Of a stretch of 64,000 nt of DNA, positions 38,894 through 51,339 are shown one piece after another. A program made the translations under genes and the position numbers. The notes below the pieces were generated by a model. It was not told where the DNA came from. It searched no databases and saw nothing but the letters and a program-made list of their open reading frames with translations. Every line of letters begins with the position of its first letter. Positions within the stretch are counted from its first letter, which is position 1. Source of the DNA: Macrostomum lignano (lineage: Eukaryota); NCBI GenBank assembly GCA_002269645.1, contig NIVC01000149.1:186001-250000 (forward strand). The letters run 5' to 3'.

Positions 38894-39656
38894 GGCAGTG
38901 CTTATTTAGCCGGCACCGGCCGAATAAGTTTGCTACTATTTAGCCGGCAGTCCTGCTCCACTGCCAGTCAAATAAGCTTGTCACTATTTAGCCGGCAGTC
39001 TTGCCCCACTGCTGGTCAGATAAGCTCGTCACTATTTTAGCAAGCAATCCTGCCCCACTGCCAGTCAAATAAGCTTGTCATTATTTAGCCGGCAATCCTG
39101 GCCCCCAATGGTCACGCCATTATATATATTTATTTGAGATATTTAAACTTTGGGCAATACAAAGTAGGTACAGCGAATATAAATCAATGCAGATTCAGTA
39201 AAATTTATTACTTGCCTTCAAGTTTGTTTAATTGGTTCTAGAAGTCTTGCATATTCCAAAAATTATTTGTAGCAACAGAAGACACATAAACAAATTAAAA
39301 ATTAGTTATGCATGCTTTATTTTCACTTTAATCTCTGAATCAAAACCACTCATTAAAGCCAAAAAACCACTGCAAACACCTTTATCGAAAAACTCCAAAA
39401 TTGTAGTATAAATAAGTAGCTTGTAGTATGTTAAATTATTAATTTAAGGTCATGACAAGCAGTAGTGCGCAGTTATAAAATGTGTATCTTAACCAGCGTG
39501 GCCATTGGGGGCCAGGATTGCTGGCTAAATAGTGATGAGCTTATTTGACTGGCAGTGGGGCAGGACTGCCACCTAAATAGTGACGCGCTTATTTGACTGG
39601 TGCTGGCTAAATAGTAGCAAACTTATTTGACCAGTGCCGGCTAAATAAGCACTGCC
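38894..39656. mobile_element. 763-bp non-autonomous Mutator/foldback-like element with modular TIRs and 9-bp TSD ATTTTATTA
   Basis: Termini GGCAGTGCTTATTT..AAATAAGCACTGCC; TSD at 38885-38893 and 39657-39665; arms built from 48-bp subrepeats, more of them on the left. Confidence 0.9.
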
Positions 39657-40500
39657 ATTTTATTATTCAAATAATATAAATAATAGATGTCTACCTTCAC
39701 TAGTATTAACTTTTAAAAAATCAAAATGAGCTTCTAAGGAATTTAACAAAAAAATCCTATTAATTTTTTATAAGGAAGTTATTAATTTTATATTAAATAT
39801 TGGGTACCAAAAAAAATCAATTTTAAATAAAAAATTAAATCAAATCAAAATGCCAGATAATAAGAAGCATGGGCACACAAACACTTGGCAACTATTATAT
39901 AAATATTCACTATAGACTGAAAGTATTTCCCCTCAGCTATGCAATGCTATATCCATATTTTCATGCCTAGAAATAAGCTAAGGTAATCAATAGGTAATCT
40001 TCTCTCTAGTTCTACTCTTGATGAAAATTCTCTTTTTCTTGCTTCTAAAACTGGTCTTAACAACCTTAGGACTAGGCTTATCTTAAACCAGATCATGTTG
40101 GACTGCTTATATTTCACTATGAAAAAAGAAATCCAACATTGTTATATGCATGCACAACTGCTAGCCAACCTAGCTAATTAGCTTACTACTAATAGTAGTG
40201 TACTTATGTTATAAATTGGAAATCTTAAACTTGATAATTTCTATAATGAAAACATTATTATTATTTCTGTTTCTGCTTTAACTTTGTTTTAATCATTTTT
40301 GTCATTTTATCATATGTAGCAGTGCTTGTATTACATGTACTATGTTGGCTCACTGTTGATTTCCTAGACTAGTTCATGCGCTTACAGTGAATCATATTCA
40401 TATAATTTGAGCATCTAGACTTATATTTTGTAAAGAGGGTCCTGTATTACTAATATAACATATATTATCAAATTTATCTTTATTAATTTTTCATGCTGTA

Positions 40501-40683
40501 ATGGCTGCTCCAATTGAAGAGCGCAACCAGGATGCCACAGTCTATGTTGGCGGACTCGATGAGAAAGTGACAGAAGCCATCGTATGGGAGCTGTTTCTGC
40601 AGGCTGGCCCAGTTGTCAATGTGCACATGCCCAAGGACCGAATCACTGGCCAACACCAAGGCTATGGCTTTGTTGAATTTCAG
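40501..40683 (+). CDS. SF3B4: Splicing factor 3B subunit 4 (SAP49), exon 1 (RRM1)
   Basis: [23 protein letters not shown]...[18 protein letters not shown] matches the conserved SF3B4 N-terminus; phase-0 donor CAG|GTATGC. Confidence 0.97.
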
Positions 40684-40859
40684 GTATGCGTACTTATACT
40701 TTTATCTGTTCTGCCTCTAGTAGCAATGGACATTGCCCGGTTTTGTATTTCTGGCTGTGACCCGCTGCTACCCCCAGCAAACCCTTGATTGAGGCTACCG
40801 CAATGCCTCCTGTGCGCAGCTATGCCAAACCCTATCAAAGCCTCCCCATGCCGCTGCAG

Positions 40860-41756
40860 ACGGAGGACGACGCGGACTACGCCATGAAGATCATGAACAT
40901 GATCAAGCTGTACGGCAAGCCGATGCGCGTCAACAAGGCCTCGGCGCACCAGAAACAGATGGACATCGGCGCCAACATCTTCATAGGCAATTTGGATCCC
41001 GAAGTTGACGAAAAGCTGCTATTCGACACCTTCTCCGCTTTCGGCGTCATCCTGCAGACGCCCAAGATCATGCGCGACCCGGAGACTGGCAACAGTCGCG
41101 GCTTCGCCTTCATCAACTATGCAAGCTTCGACGCCTCGGATGCCGCTATCGAGGCCATGAACGGGCAGTACCTGTGCAACAGGCCCATACAGATCAGCTA
41201 CGCCTTCAAGAAGGACAGCAAAGGCGAGCGGCACGGCAGCGCAGCTGAGCGACTGCTGGCCGCGCAGAATCCGCTGTCCCAGTCGGACAGGCCGCATCAG
41301 AATTTCGCAGAGGCGCCGGCGATGCCGCCTCCGCCGCCTCCTCCTCCGTCCATGTCAATGTCCATGCCGATGCCGCCAACAACGCCTGGCATGATGTCCG
41401 CGCCCCCGCCCCCGCCTCCGCCTCCGTCGATGCCGTATCCGCCGCCTCCACCGCCGCCGCCTCCGCCCCAAGGTATGCGGCTGCCGCCGCCGCCGCCTCC
41501 GCCGCCCAGTCCGCATTTTGGCGGAGGCGGCGAAGGAATGCGCGGCGGACCGCCGCCCAGACCGCCCATGGGCATGTGGCCGCCGCCGCCTCCGCCCCAC
41601 GGCTATCGGATGGGAATGGGCGGCCCTCCGCCGCCTCCGCCCCCGCCAATGGGCGGCATGAGGTTCCCGCCGGGCGGAGGTGGCGGCCGGTATCCGCCCC
41701 CGCCGCCGCCGCCTCCGCCCATGCGACCGCCGCCGCCGCCAATGCATCAAAAATAG
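40860..41756 (+). CDS. SF3B4: SF3B4 exon 2 (end of RRM1, RRM2, Pro-rich tail); spliced product 359 aa
   Basis: Acceptor CTGCAG|ACG; [20 protein letters not shown]...[18 protein letters not shown]...[25 protein letters not shown]. Confidence 0.97.
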   Translation, partial: TEDDADYAMKIMNMIKLYGKPMRVNKASAHQKQMDIGANIFIGNLDPEVDEKLLFDTFSAFGVILQTPKIMRDPETGNSRGFAFINYASFDASDAAIEAMNGQYLCNRPIQISYAFKKDSKGERHGSAAERLLAAQNPLSQSDRPHQNFAEAPAMPPPPPPPPSMSMSMPMPPTTPGMMSAPPPPPPPPSMPYPPPPPPPPPPQGMRLPPPPPPPPSPHFGGGGEGMRGGPPPRPPMGMWPPPPPPHGYRMGMGGPPPPPPPPMGGMRFPPGGGGGRYPPPPPPPPPMRPPPPPMHQK

Positions 41757-42096
41757 AATTTTATATATCATTGCTCATCTTGGCTAGGCCCTAACTCTTG
41801 TTGGATGTACTTTAATTCCTAGAAAGCGAATTTGGCTTTCGGGTCTATTGTAAAACATCTCAGTCCAGCAAGTAGGCTTTTTGAGGCCCTTTTGTCGATG
41901 CATTTGCTCTGCTTTGACTCCGCGTGTCTAACCGCGAGATGAAATTGAATTCTTACTCTTAGTAGTAGTAGGTGCATGCGGGGTAGTGCACAACGCCAAA
42001 ATCCGGCTTTTGTATTGTAAAATTTGTTAATCCCGTCTAGCATACTGATGGCATTGTTTAGCTCTACGGGTCAGTTGGCACATTAATCTTTAAAAT

Positions 42097-42102
42097 AATA
42101 AA
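42097..42102 (+). terminator. Candidate polyadenylation signal of SF3B4
   Basis: AATAAA about 340 nt after the stop, followed by GT-rich sequence. Confidence 0.45.
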
Positions 42103-42281
42103 TACACCGTTTTGTGACTGGCTCATTAACAAGAGGCAGCGGCTGTCCTCCTGCTTATCTTCTTGTAATTCGTTGATGTTTTCTTATGCGTTAAAAATTA
42201 TTTTATAAATTTATTCGATTCCTCGAATATATAGTTGCGATTACTTAAAACTGGTGTATTGACTTTGTTACATGGTCTAAG

Positions 42282-43528
42282 GCTGAGATGTCAAGAAACC
42301 CTCACCGCATAGGCTGAGATGCTGAGAAACCCTCACAGTCTGAGATGCTGAGAAACCCTCACAGAGTCTGAGATGCTGAGAAACCCTCACACAGTCTGAG
42401 ATGCTGAGAAACCCTCACAGTCTGAGATGCTGAGAAACCCTCACAGAGTCTGAGATGCTGAGAAACCCTCACAGTCTGAGATGCTGAGAAACCCTCACAG
42501 TCTGAGATGCTGAGAAACCCTCACATAGTCTGAGATGCTGAGAAACCCTCACAGTCTGAGATGCTGAGAAACCCTCACACAGTCTGAGATGCTGAGAAAC
42601 CCTCACAGAGTCTGAGATGCTGAGAAACCCTCACACAGTCTGAGATGCTGAGAAACCCTCACACAGTCTGAGATGCTGAGAAACCTTCACAGAGTCTGGG
42701 ATGCTGAGAAACCCTCACACAGTCTGAGATGCTGAGAAACCTTCACAGAGTCTGGGATGCTGAGAAACCCTCACAGAGTCTGAGATGCTGAGAAACCATC
42801 ACAGAGTCTGAGATGTCAAGAAACCCTCACACAGTCTGAGATGCTGAGAAACCCTCACAGAGTCTGAGATGCTGAGAAACCCTCACACAGTCTGAGATGC
42901 TGAGAAACCCTCACACAGTCTGAGATGCTGAGAAACCTTCACAGAGTCTGGGATGCTGAGAAACCCTCACACAGTCTGAGATGCTGAGAAACCTTCACAG
43001 AGTCTGGGATGCTGAGAAACCCTCACAGAGTCTGAGATGCTGAGAAACCATCACAGAGTCTGAGATGTCAAGAAACCCTCACACAGTCTGAGATGTTGAG
43101 AAACCCTCACACAGTCTGAGATGCTGAGAAACCACCACACAGTCTGAGATGTCAAGCAACCCTCACACAGTCTGAGATGCTGAGAAACCATCACAGAGTC
43201 TGAGATGCTGAGAAACCCTCACAGAGTCTGAGATGCTGAGAAACCATTACACAGTCTGAGATGCTGAGAAACCATCACAGAGTCTGAGATGTCAAGAAAC
43301 CCTCACACAGTCTGAGATGCTGAGAAACCCTCACACAGTCTGAGATGCTGAGAAACCATCACAGAGTCTGAGATGTCAAGAAACCCTCGCACAGTCTGAG
43401 ATGCTGAGAAACCATCACACAGTCTGAGATGTCAAGAAACCCTCACACAGTCTGAGATGCTGAGAAACCCTCACACAGTCTGAGATGCTGAGAAACCCTC
43501 ACAGAGTCTGAGATGCTGAGAAACCTTC
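42282..43528. repeat. 26/28-bp minisatellite (TCTGAGATGCTGAGAAACCCTCACA(C/G)AG), about 45 copies, between SF3B4 and PBDC1
   Basis: Direct tandem units with several substitution variants. Confidence 0.96.
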
Positions 43529-43570
43529 ACTACAAAGCCTGAGACCCCAAACCCATGCTCCAGCTGCTCC

Positions 43571-44056
43571 ATGGTGGACCCCAACGCCGAGAACTACGTG
43601 AATGATGCGTCAGTTGAGCAGGCCTGGCTGTACAAGGCCTGTCGGCACGCGTCCACCCACTGGAATTTGCTCCGCCTGATGTCCGCCGACCCAGCCAAGC
43701 TGCGCCTCACTCCGCAAGACGACGCCATCTACGCGGAGTTCCGGGCCCGCTTCCCATGCTTGGCGGTTGGCAAGCTGGTTGAATCCGAGCTCAAATCCGA
43801 GGACTCCAAGAGCGCCTGGCGCCAGTTCTGCCAGCTATTCGAGGACACTGTCGGCGAGTACAATTTCGGCACCCTGCTGCGGCTGGACTCAGCGGGAGAT
43901 TATTCCGAGGCGAACACCACTCTGGTGCCCAGGATCCAGTTCCTGGCCGTGGAGGTGGCCAGGAATCGAGAAGGATTCAACCGCGGGCTGGACAGTCTGG
44001 TGCCCAGCCAGAGCGCCCTGGGAGCCGAGCCAGGCGATGTCAAGAACTGGGACTAG
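43571..44056 (+). CDS. PBDC1: PBDC1 / CXorf26 family protein, intronless, 161 aa
   Basis: LRLTPQDDAIYAEFR, ELKSEDSKSAWRQFC, YNFGTLLRLDS, TTLVPRIQFLAVEVARNREGFN match family motifs as I recall them. Confidence 0.92.
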   Translation: MVDPNAENYVNDASVEQAWLYKACRHASTHWNLLRLMSADPAKLRLTPQDDAIYAEFRARFPCLAVGKLVESELKSEDSKSAWRQFCQLFEDTVGEYNFGTLLRLDSAGDYSEANTTLVPRIQFLAVEVARNREGFNRGLDSLVPSQSALGAEPGDVKNWD

Positions 44057-45466
44057 GCGTGACTTGCCCTTTGCCGAGGAACTCTGCTTGCTTCATCTGC
44101 TTCTTCTTGACACTTGTGCTGTAGATCATCTGTACAGTGCTTGAGGGAAATTGTGTATGCCCGGGCTGCAGTTAGCTTGTAATTTCATATTCAATTTGTA
44201 AATGCTTCTTTCAGGACAGAAACTCTGTCACCTTTATAATAATTAATATTTGTCTTTGTTTATACTGTTTGAGTCACAGATACAAAAGTAACTAGATAGG
44301 CTACTCAGAACATTTTCGTGTAAGCTACTTTCAGTTCAGTAGTAAGTTAAACAGAAGCATTTTAATGTATTTTAAAGCCAACAGGCTCATTTATGGGCTC
44401 TTGCCTCTTACCCCAGCCTAAACCCTCCAACCGCGCCTTTCCACACTAACCCCCCGCCCTGCCTCAATTTTTTATTGCCTTAAAATTCCAGCCTAAAGCT
44501 GCCATGTACATTTCAGTGGACTGGCTAATGTACATTATGGCTGAACCAATTAGCAAGTCGTTTACGCCTGCAAGCTTGTGAGAATGTGAGCTTCTAAACT
44601 TATCAAAGTAATTTCAGCTGCCTTTATTTTTATAAAATAGCTTATGTTTTCTTCTTTGCTACTGAATTGAAAGTAGAAAGCTGTTTTACTAGGTATATAT
44701 ATATGCCTTAGTGGCCCATCTAGTTATGTTAGTATCTGCGGTTCTAGTTAACAGTTTTTATGTTGTTTCGATATGCATTTTGACTCACCGATTGGTTTAG
44801 CAAAGTTGCTACTCGTAGAGTTTGGTGTACCGTGGTGTAAACTTTAATCGCGCTTTTTTAACAATACAAATTGGCAAGTTTAGCACCCGAACAACATGTA
44901 TGTGGCCTTAAAGGGACTGTCGCTGAAGTGTTTAGCTTGATGACCGAGTTACAGATCCTGGAAATGGTTTGCTAATCAATAGATAGGTCTTGTTGATTTT
45001 TTATCATTTGCTTTTCTACTGCCACGAGAAGGAAGACTGTGGATTGTGTAATCACCTGGTTACATGTTGGGTAGTCTAAATCCCCTTCAAAAAATGTACT
45101 ACTCGTAGATCAGTTTACTACTGTCTTTAACCTTCAACAATACTTGAAAAGAGTTCTCCAGTTTGGGCACCTCATCATTTGGGACTGTCTAGGAAGGAAA
45201 TAATGGATTTGTCAACAAACCATGTCATCGCTCGTACTTGAAGCTCATAATTTCACAAGTGTCATATAAAGCCAATGAAGCAAGGCCTGAGCTAAGTCGT
45301 AGAAGTGGCGTGCATTTTATTTAACCCTGCTTGAGCTCATAGATATGGCTAAATTAGCAATCCATTACCTCTTACTTCCTTTGTCCATGGCAGCAACCCT
45401 TTCGTTAACACAATCTTTTTGTTTAGGACCAGTCAAACTAAGGAACCCCAGAGATATTCAGCCGTG

Positions 45467-45691
45467 ATGGACTACACAAGGGAACGCTTTGACAGCAGCC
45501 TGCTGGAGACGCCCACCTGGGTGCTGATTGTGTTCAGCGCAAGCTTAGTCACCCTCACCTTGCACTATTTCTACACCTTCGAGTCAGTGCGGCCCGGCCT
45601 GTTGGAGTTCAACTACACTGGCATCGCCAGACGCTCAGCTTTGAGAAGCAGAGATGCCAGCTTGCTGCGCCAGTCAGCCGACTGCTCCTGA
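45467..45691 (+). CDS. Small ORF (74 aa) with one hydrophobic segment, or the terminal exon of an unidentified gene
   Basis: GC3-rich island in AT-rich DNA; WVLIVFSASLVTLTLHYFYTF is TM-like; acceptor TATTCAG| 5 nt before the ATG. No family recognised. Confidence 0.55.
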   Translation: MDYTRERFDSSLLETPTWVLIVFSASLVTLTLHYFYTFESVRPGLLEFNYTGIARRSALRSRDASLLRQSADCS

Positions 45692-46659
45692 GGACTGTGA
45701 GCACATTCTGATCGCACCTACCTACATGTAATAGGACTAGTGCTGAACTAACTTTTTTAACTTTGAATCGGTAAAATACATAGAGTTTTGATGGGAAAAC
45801 CAGTGACAGCTGACGTGTAAAAACAATTTCCTAAGTACGTATATTTATCCATAGTTTTTTATTCAGTTTATTCAACCACAACAGGGACGTACTGCAGTAC
45901 AAGGATGCTACTCTCGATTTTCTTAGAAAATCGCTAAAAAAATTGAGCTCAGCGTCCTACTTGAATTGTTAATGCCGTCAAAAGTTGCAAAGTCAGCCAA
46001 GAGCTTCCTTGAAATTCCCTGTGGCTCCCACTTAGAGCTTCGACCCGACATGTACATGTAGATTACATGTGCACCGATCTTGATTCTGTGACTCATCTAT
46101 TTGCTTCTTGTACCCTATGGAATTGCTTTCTTGTGGGTGCATGTTAACTCGCATATAATCTTGTTAATGTGTTAAAACTATACTGTATAGTTACCGTTGA
46201 ATGATCTAATAAAAAATACAAATTCACCAATTAGCCAATAAAACAATTTGCATACTCAGTAGTTTGTTTTGTAATAATGATAACTAGCTATATTTTCCAT
46301 CGTTTTTTTTCCGAAATCAGATCAATCTGCGTGCTGAACTAGCAATATTGTTTTGCAAATCTTTAAACCAATTATCTTGAACGTTAAATAAGCCTAGCTA
46401 TGTGTTCACTTATTGAAGTAGCCCCGGAGACTAATGCGGAAGAGCTTAAACGTACTTCTACGGATACGTGAAAGCAGTCAGTGAACGCATCAACATGCAC
46501 GATGCAGCATTAGCGACTTATTAAATTAAATTTCGTTACGGAAATTGTTTTGTGAATAATATTCGAGTCGTACACTCGGCAACGTACTAAAGTTTCCATC
46601 CTGAAACTCGACGTGTGGTCAGAAACAAGTGGCAACTTATACAACTCTAGCCTTAACTC

Positions 46660-46760
46660 CCCCCTCTCTCAGCCTAAGCTAGGGCCTTGTGATGCAAATT
46701 GCATCACCCAAAGTTGAGACGAGAACCGTAGGCTTAGTGTGAATTGCGTCGTCACTTGTG
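46660..46760. repeat. Dispersed repeat end with hairpin TGATGCAA-A-TTGCATCA next to CTAG; AT-eroded second copy at about 48160-48250
   Basis: AGCCTAAGCTAGGGC...AAATTGCATCA...AGTTGAG...AGAAC is shared by both copies; hairpin plus CTAG resembles a minus-strand Helitron 3' end. Confidence 0.45.
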
Positions 46761-48774
46761 ACTGAGCCGCTGAGGATCTGAAAAAATACTTGTATTGGGA
46801 TTTTTGGATATTTTTTGCCTGAAGCGAGGTATCGCAAGTGTGTGAAATTTAAACCTTTAAAAGAAAAAAACATCTAAAGGTAGTGAATATCTCTAGAAAA
46901 TACACATAAGGTTTATTTATTCTGTTTATTTAATTTAGTTTTTGCTTTAGATAAAAACATTGAATTGATACGACGTTCTCGGTGGAAATTTGAATTTCTA
47001 TTAATATTATCGTGGCAATTTAAAATGTCATCAATCGTCGACCGCCGAGTCGTGATCAGAATTTTGAACTTTGCATTTTGTATAATTAGTTCATTCGTTC
47101 ATTTTCGATTATTTATTATGTCATTAAAGATGATTTGGCATCTTTAGGCAGTGCAATTCTTTCGCCCAAGAACCCAAATTCATTTTTTAATTATGCAGCT
47201 AGTCCAGACGCCGTCCAGACACCTGTCGTTATTCTAATTTTCTTTCAATCAGAATTAGGTCTTAGAGTCAAAGCCAAAAAAAATTGAGTAGCTACACAGC
47301 TAGCTTGAGTTGAATATTATTTTCCCTAGCTAGGATTTCATTAAAGGTATTCCAGTAGAAGCTTTATTTTCTATCAAAATAATATTGTTTAATGTCATGT
47401 CAGGCTTCAATCCAGACTTGTTTTTGTGTTTTGTTTAGTGTTGACTGTTTGTGTTAGGCTAAGTAATAAAGTCATGTCACTTGTCACAATCCTTATAGTA
47501 TATGATTTCTTACAATAAAGCATTGTATATTTTACAAAAACAAGTTTCTAAGTGCTTTTTATTTATATTAGGCTAAACAAATACCAACTTAACATTTAAA
47601 GTTGAGTATCCATCTGACTTTTTCTTCTACCTATAATATAAAAATTATTCTAAAAAATGGAAATTATCATACAATGAAGGTAATGAAGCCATATTAAAGT
47701 ATAAATACTTTATAATTTTTATCCATTTTAATTTAGTCTAGCAAATGAAAAATTATATCATTTCAATGCTAATAGGCCTATATATATATATATAGTAAAA
47801 TAATAATTGGTCTATAATAAAGCCTTTTATATAAATATAGCCTTTTATTGCCTCTATTATAGCCAATAGCCATTATTATAGATAGTGTCTAGTGCAGATG
47901 GACCTTAGTAGAGCAGATGCAATCTGGCATAGTCTAATATAGAAAAAGGGATGTCTAACATGGTTCAGGTTTAGACCTTGGCTACCATATGGTATATTGC
48001 CAAGTACAAATACTATAAACATGTTATAAATACAAAATTAATATGTCTATTGTTCTTTGAATAAAATTATAATATCCTTTACTTAGCAATATATTATAAT
48101 TTCTGTCTTAGACTTAAAATCAATTATCAATAAGTAGTAATAGCTTTAAGCTGATTCTAGCTAAAACTCTCCACTCTTGCTAGCCTAAGCTAGGGCTTTC
48201 TGATAGAAATTGCATCATATATAGTTGAGTTAAGAACTGTAAGTATAATCTAAGTTTAAGTTTAAGGTATATAGGTCCTAGGTAGGCTAAGATCTAAAAA
48301 AGTTGACCATTGGTTTCAGGATAAAAATTCAAGTGCTACTAACTATAAATACTAAAAGATTTACAAGTACTTTATTACATACAATTTTTATATATAAAAA
48401 TTGATAAATTGCATGTTTAAATTAACTTAAAGGTATTTTCTAGGAAATCTAATATTTTAAATCATTATATAATGACTATTTTAATATGAAATGACTAAAT
48501 ATCATAAGTAAATAGTGTAAATAGCATTCTTTATCTCACTTCTTTTTTATTGTACTTCATGAAATTTGATCAAATTCATAAATTTGTTTCAATTGCTAGT
48601 CTATTAAAACTTGATCCACCTTATGCAACCATCAGAGGCATCAACAAATAATGGTAATTTTTGTCCTTTTTTGAATTTTACTTGTTGCTAAATATCTTTG
48701 CTAAAGACTAGCTGGCAATGTTTTATCTGACTATTAACCCAACAAATGCAAAAAAACAATGCACTACTTCTTGT

Positions 48775-49412
48775 CAAGGAGGGCAGCAGCTCTTACTAAG
48801 AGAGATCTTGTCACCTTGAAGAGGAGGGCAGCGGCTCCTACTGAGACCTTGTCACCTTGAAGAGGAGAGGAGGGCAGTGGCTCAATACTGAGACCTTGTC
48901 ACCTTGTAGGGGAGGGCAGCGGCTCCTACTGAGACCTTGTCATCTTGTAGGGGAGGGCAGCGGCTCATACTGAGATCTTGTCACCTTGAAGAGGAGGGCA
49001 GTGGCTCATACTGAGACCTTGTCATCTTGTAGGGGAGGGCAGCGGCTCATACTGAGACCTTGTCACCTTGAAGAGGAGGGCAGCGGCTCCTACTGAGACC
49101 TTGTCACCTTGAAGAGGAGGGCAGCGGCTCATACTGAGACCTTGTCACCTTGAAGAGGAGAGGAGGGCAGTGGCTATGCTGAGACCTTGTCATCTTGTAG
49201 AGGAGGGCAGCGACTCCTACTGAGACCTTGCCATCTTGTAGAGGAGGGCAGCGGCTCCTACTGAGACCTTGTCATCTTGTAGAGGAGGGCAGCGGCTCCT
49301 ACTGAGACCTTGTCATCTTGTAGGGGAGGGCAGCGACTCCTACTGAGACCTTGTCATCTTGTAAAGGAGGGCAGCGACTCCTACTGAGAGACCATATAGT
49401 GGAGGGCAGCGG
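48775..49412. repeat. 41-bp minisatellite (GAGGGCAGCGGCTCCTACTGAGACCTTGTCACCTTGAAGAG), about 15 copies
   Basis: Direct tandem units. Confidence 0.94.
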
Positions 49413-50024
49413 CTCCCACTGCAGCATCTGGAGGTTCAGCTCTAATATACAAGCCTCAAATCGCATTAACTTGCTTATAAGCCTCATGAAGTTGCTTCTC
49501 ACCCCGCCGCTTGTCCTCGCAATTTCCTCTCAAGCCGTCTGGACTCGCGCCCAGTCTCCAGTTTGCACTTTCTGTGGCGCCTAAGTGGCATTGCCGCCGG
49601 GCGGGCTCTCTTTTTAAATTCATTTTCTATCCCGCTCTACTTGAGTCCACAAGCTGCCACCGCCGGGACGGGCTCTTGATTGCCTAGTAAAACTCGATTG
49701 CTGCCAGCTCTGCGAGTTATATCCCAGACTTTTCTCGGATAAGAAGTACATATTGGGAATAAACTCCCCTGTAGGATATCTTGTGTTGCTTTTATCTATG
49801 TTGTTGCCCTACTAAACTAAAGATAGCAGAGAATCTTCGCTGTCTTCATCAATCTTGAGCAAGGCCGAGAAAGATGACTAATGTTAGAGACTTTTTACGA
49901 AATCTCTGAGGGGAGTAGCTGTTATTTCTGTGCAATGGGAGTCGAAGAGGGCAGGCGAATGTTGGTCGGATAGGAAGAGCTCAGAAGGCTAAATTGAGTA
50001 ATTATAACGAGGGGGATAGGTATA

Positions 50025-50460
50025 GCTCAGAGAAGATTGGGGCTCAGAGAGGGTAGAGGACAGCTCAGAGAGGGTACAAGACAGCTCAGAGAGGGTACAA
50101 GACGGCTTAGAGAGGGTACAGGACAGCTCAGAGATGGTAGAGGATAGCTCAATAGGGTAAGAGAGCTCAGAGAGGATAAGGTACAGCTCAGAGAGGGTAC
50201 AAGAGAGCTCAGAGATGGTAAGGGACAGCTCAGAAAGGGTAGAGGACAGCTCAGAGAGGATAAGAGAGGTCATAGAGGATAAGGGGCAGCTCAGAGAGGA
50301 TACAGGACAGCTCAGAGAGGGTACAAGAGAGCTCAGAGATGGTAAGGGACAGCTCAGAGAAGATAAGGGAGATCATAGAGGATAAGGGGCAGCTCAGAGA
50401 GGGTAAGGGACAGTTCAGAGAGTGGATAGGAGCATATTATAGGGGCGGCTCAGAGCTCAA
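50025..50460. repeat. Degenerate about 21-bp purine-rich minisatellite (GACAGCTCAGAGAGGGTACAA)
   Basis: Recurrent CAGCTCAGAGA core. Confidence 0.85.
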
Positions 50461-50963
50461 TAAAACTCTGCATCCAGTATAATGTTGGCTAGTTGATTTA
50501 CCAATTTATATTCCGTTTTTCTTCTCTCGGTTAAGCCTCCAATCCATCATCATAATTTCATACAGATATATTTTCTAATTTGGCAGCAGGACTAAAGGGC
50601 TCAGCATTGAGAATGAATTTTCTTCATCTAGAGGCCGATCCTTTGGTCTGGCTTAATTCTCTTCGGGCATGACTAATTGGGATTCCGTTCACTTTCTATC
50701 TTCCCCATTCGTGGCCTGGGAGGCAGGACCTTAATCCTTCAAGCATTCAGTCAACCCGCTTCTTCCCGAGCCTTCTTTTATGTATCTTGCATGCAATTTG
50801 CTTCAAAGAATTTAATACCGAAATTTAACCTTGGAAAACCCGAGCTTGGCTTTTCCGATGTGCAGAAAATGTCTTCTCGGATACAATCCGTTCTTCTGGG
50901 GATTCTCTGTGAGGTCTGGTGTAGCTTTTCGTGACCTTCCAATTTCCTGGCTTTCTGCCGCAG

Positions 50964-51107
50964 GCCGGGCCGAGCTGCCTGCCGGCTGGGAGGCACACGA
51001 GGACGAGGCCGGGCCCTACTATTGGCACGTGCCGTCGGGCACGATTCGGCGGGAGCCGCCGGGACCCGCGGATCAGCCGGCCAGGCCGAAAAGTTTTCTT
51101 GGCTGCT
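50964..51107 (+). CDS. APBB: Fe65/APBB family gene, WW-domain exon (5' exons not located)
   Basis: ELPAGWEAHEDEAGPYYWHVPSGTIRREPP resembles the Fe65 WW domain; CCGCAG| acceptor and |GTGAGT donor, 144 nt, phase 1-1. Confidence 0.88.
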
Positions 51108-51134
51108 GTGAGTTTATTCGGCTTTGTTTAAATG

Positions 51135-51300
51135 CCCCTGACGCATTGGATGGTCAGGTCACGTGCCTCGCTTGTCTGATTCGCGCCCATGAGGGCCAAC
51201 CCCCAAGGCACAGAGTGTGCATCCCTAAATATTAGAAAGTCAGTACACCCTGTGTGAACGAGTGTATGAGTGCGTACTTGTGTACAGCAGGGGTCGGTAA
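51135..51300 (+). mobile_element. SINE-like central fragment in an APBB intron
   Basis: Exact 22-mer AGGGCCAACCCCCAAGGCACAG (51192-51213) shared with 58364-58385, plus similar downstream TG-rich sequence. Confidence 0.55.
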
Positions 51301-51339
51301 ACTTTTTTACCTTTTTTAGAACCTAGAGCATGACTGCGA

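Noticed and set aside
48382-48403. Perfect 22-bp palindrome CAATTTTTATATATAAAAATTG
   Set aside because: Low-complexity AT sequence in an AT-rich zone; plausible by chance.
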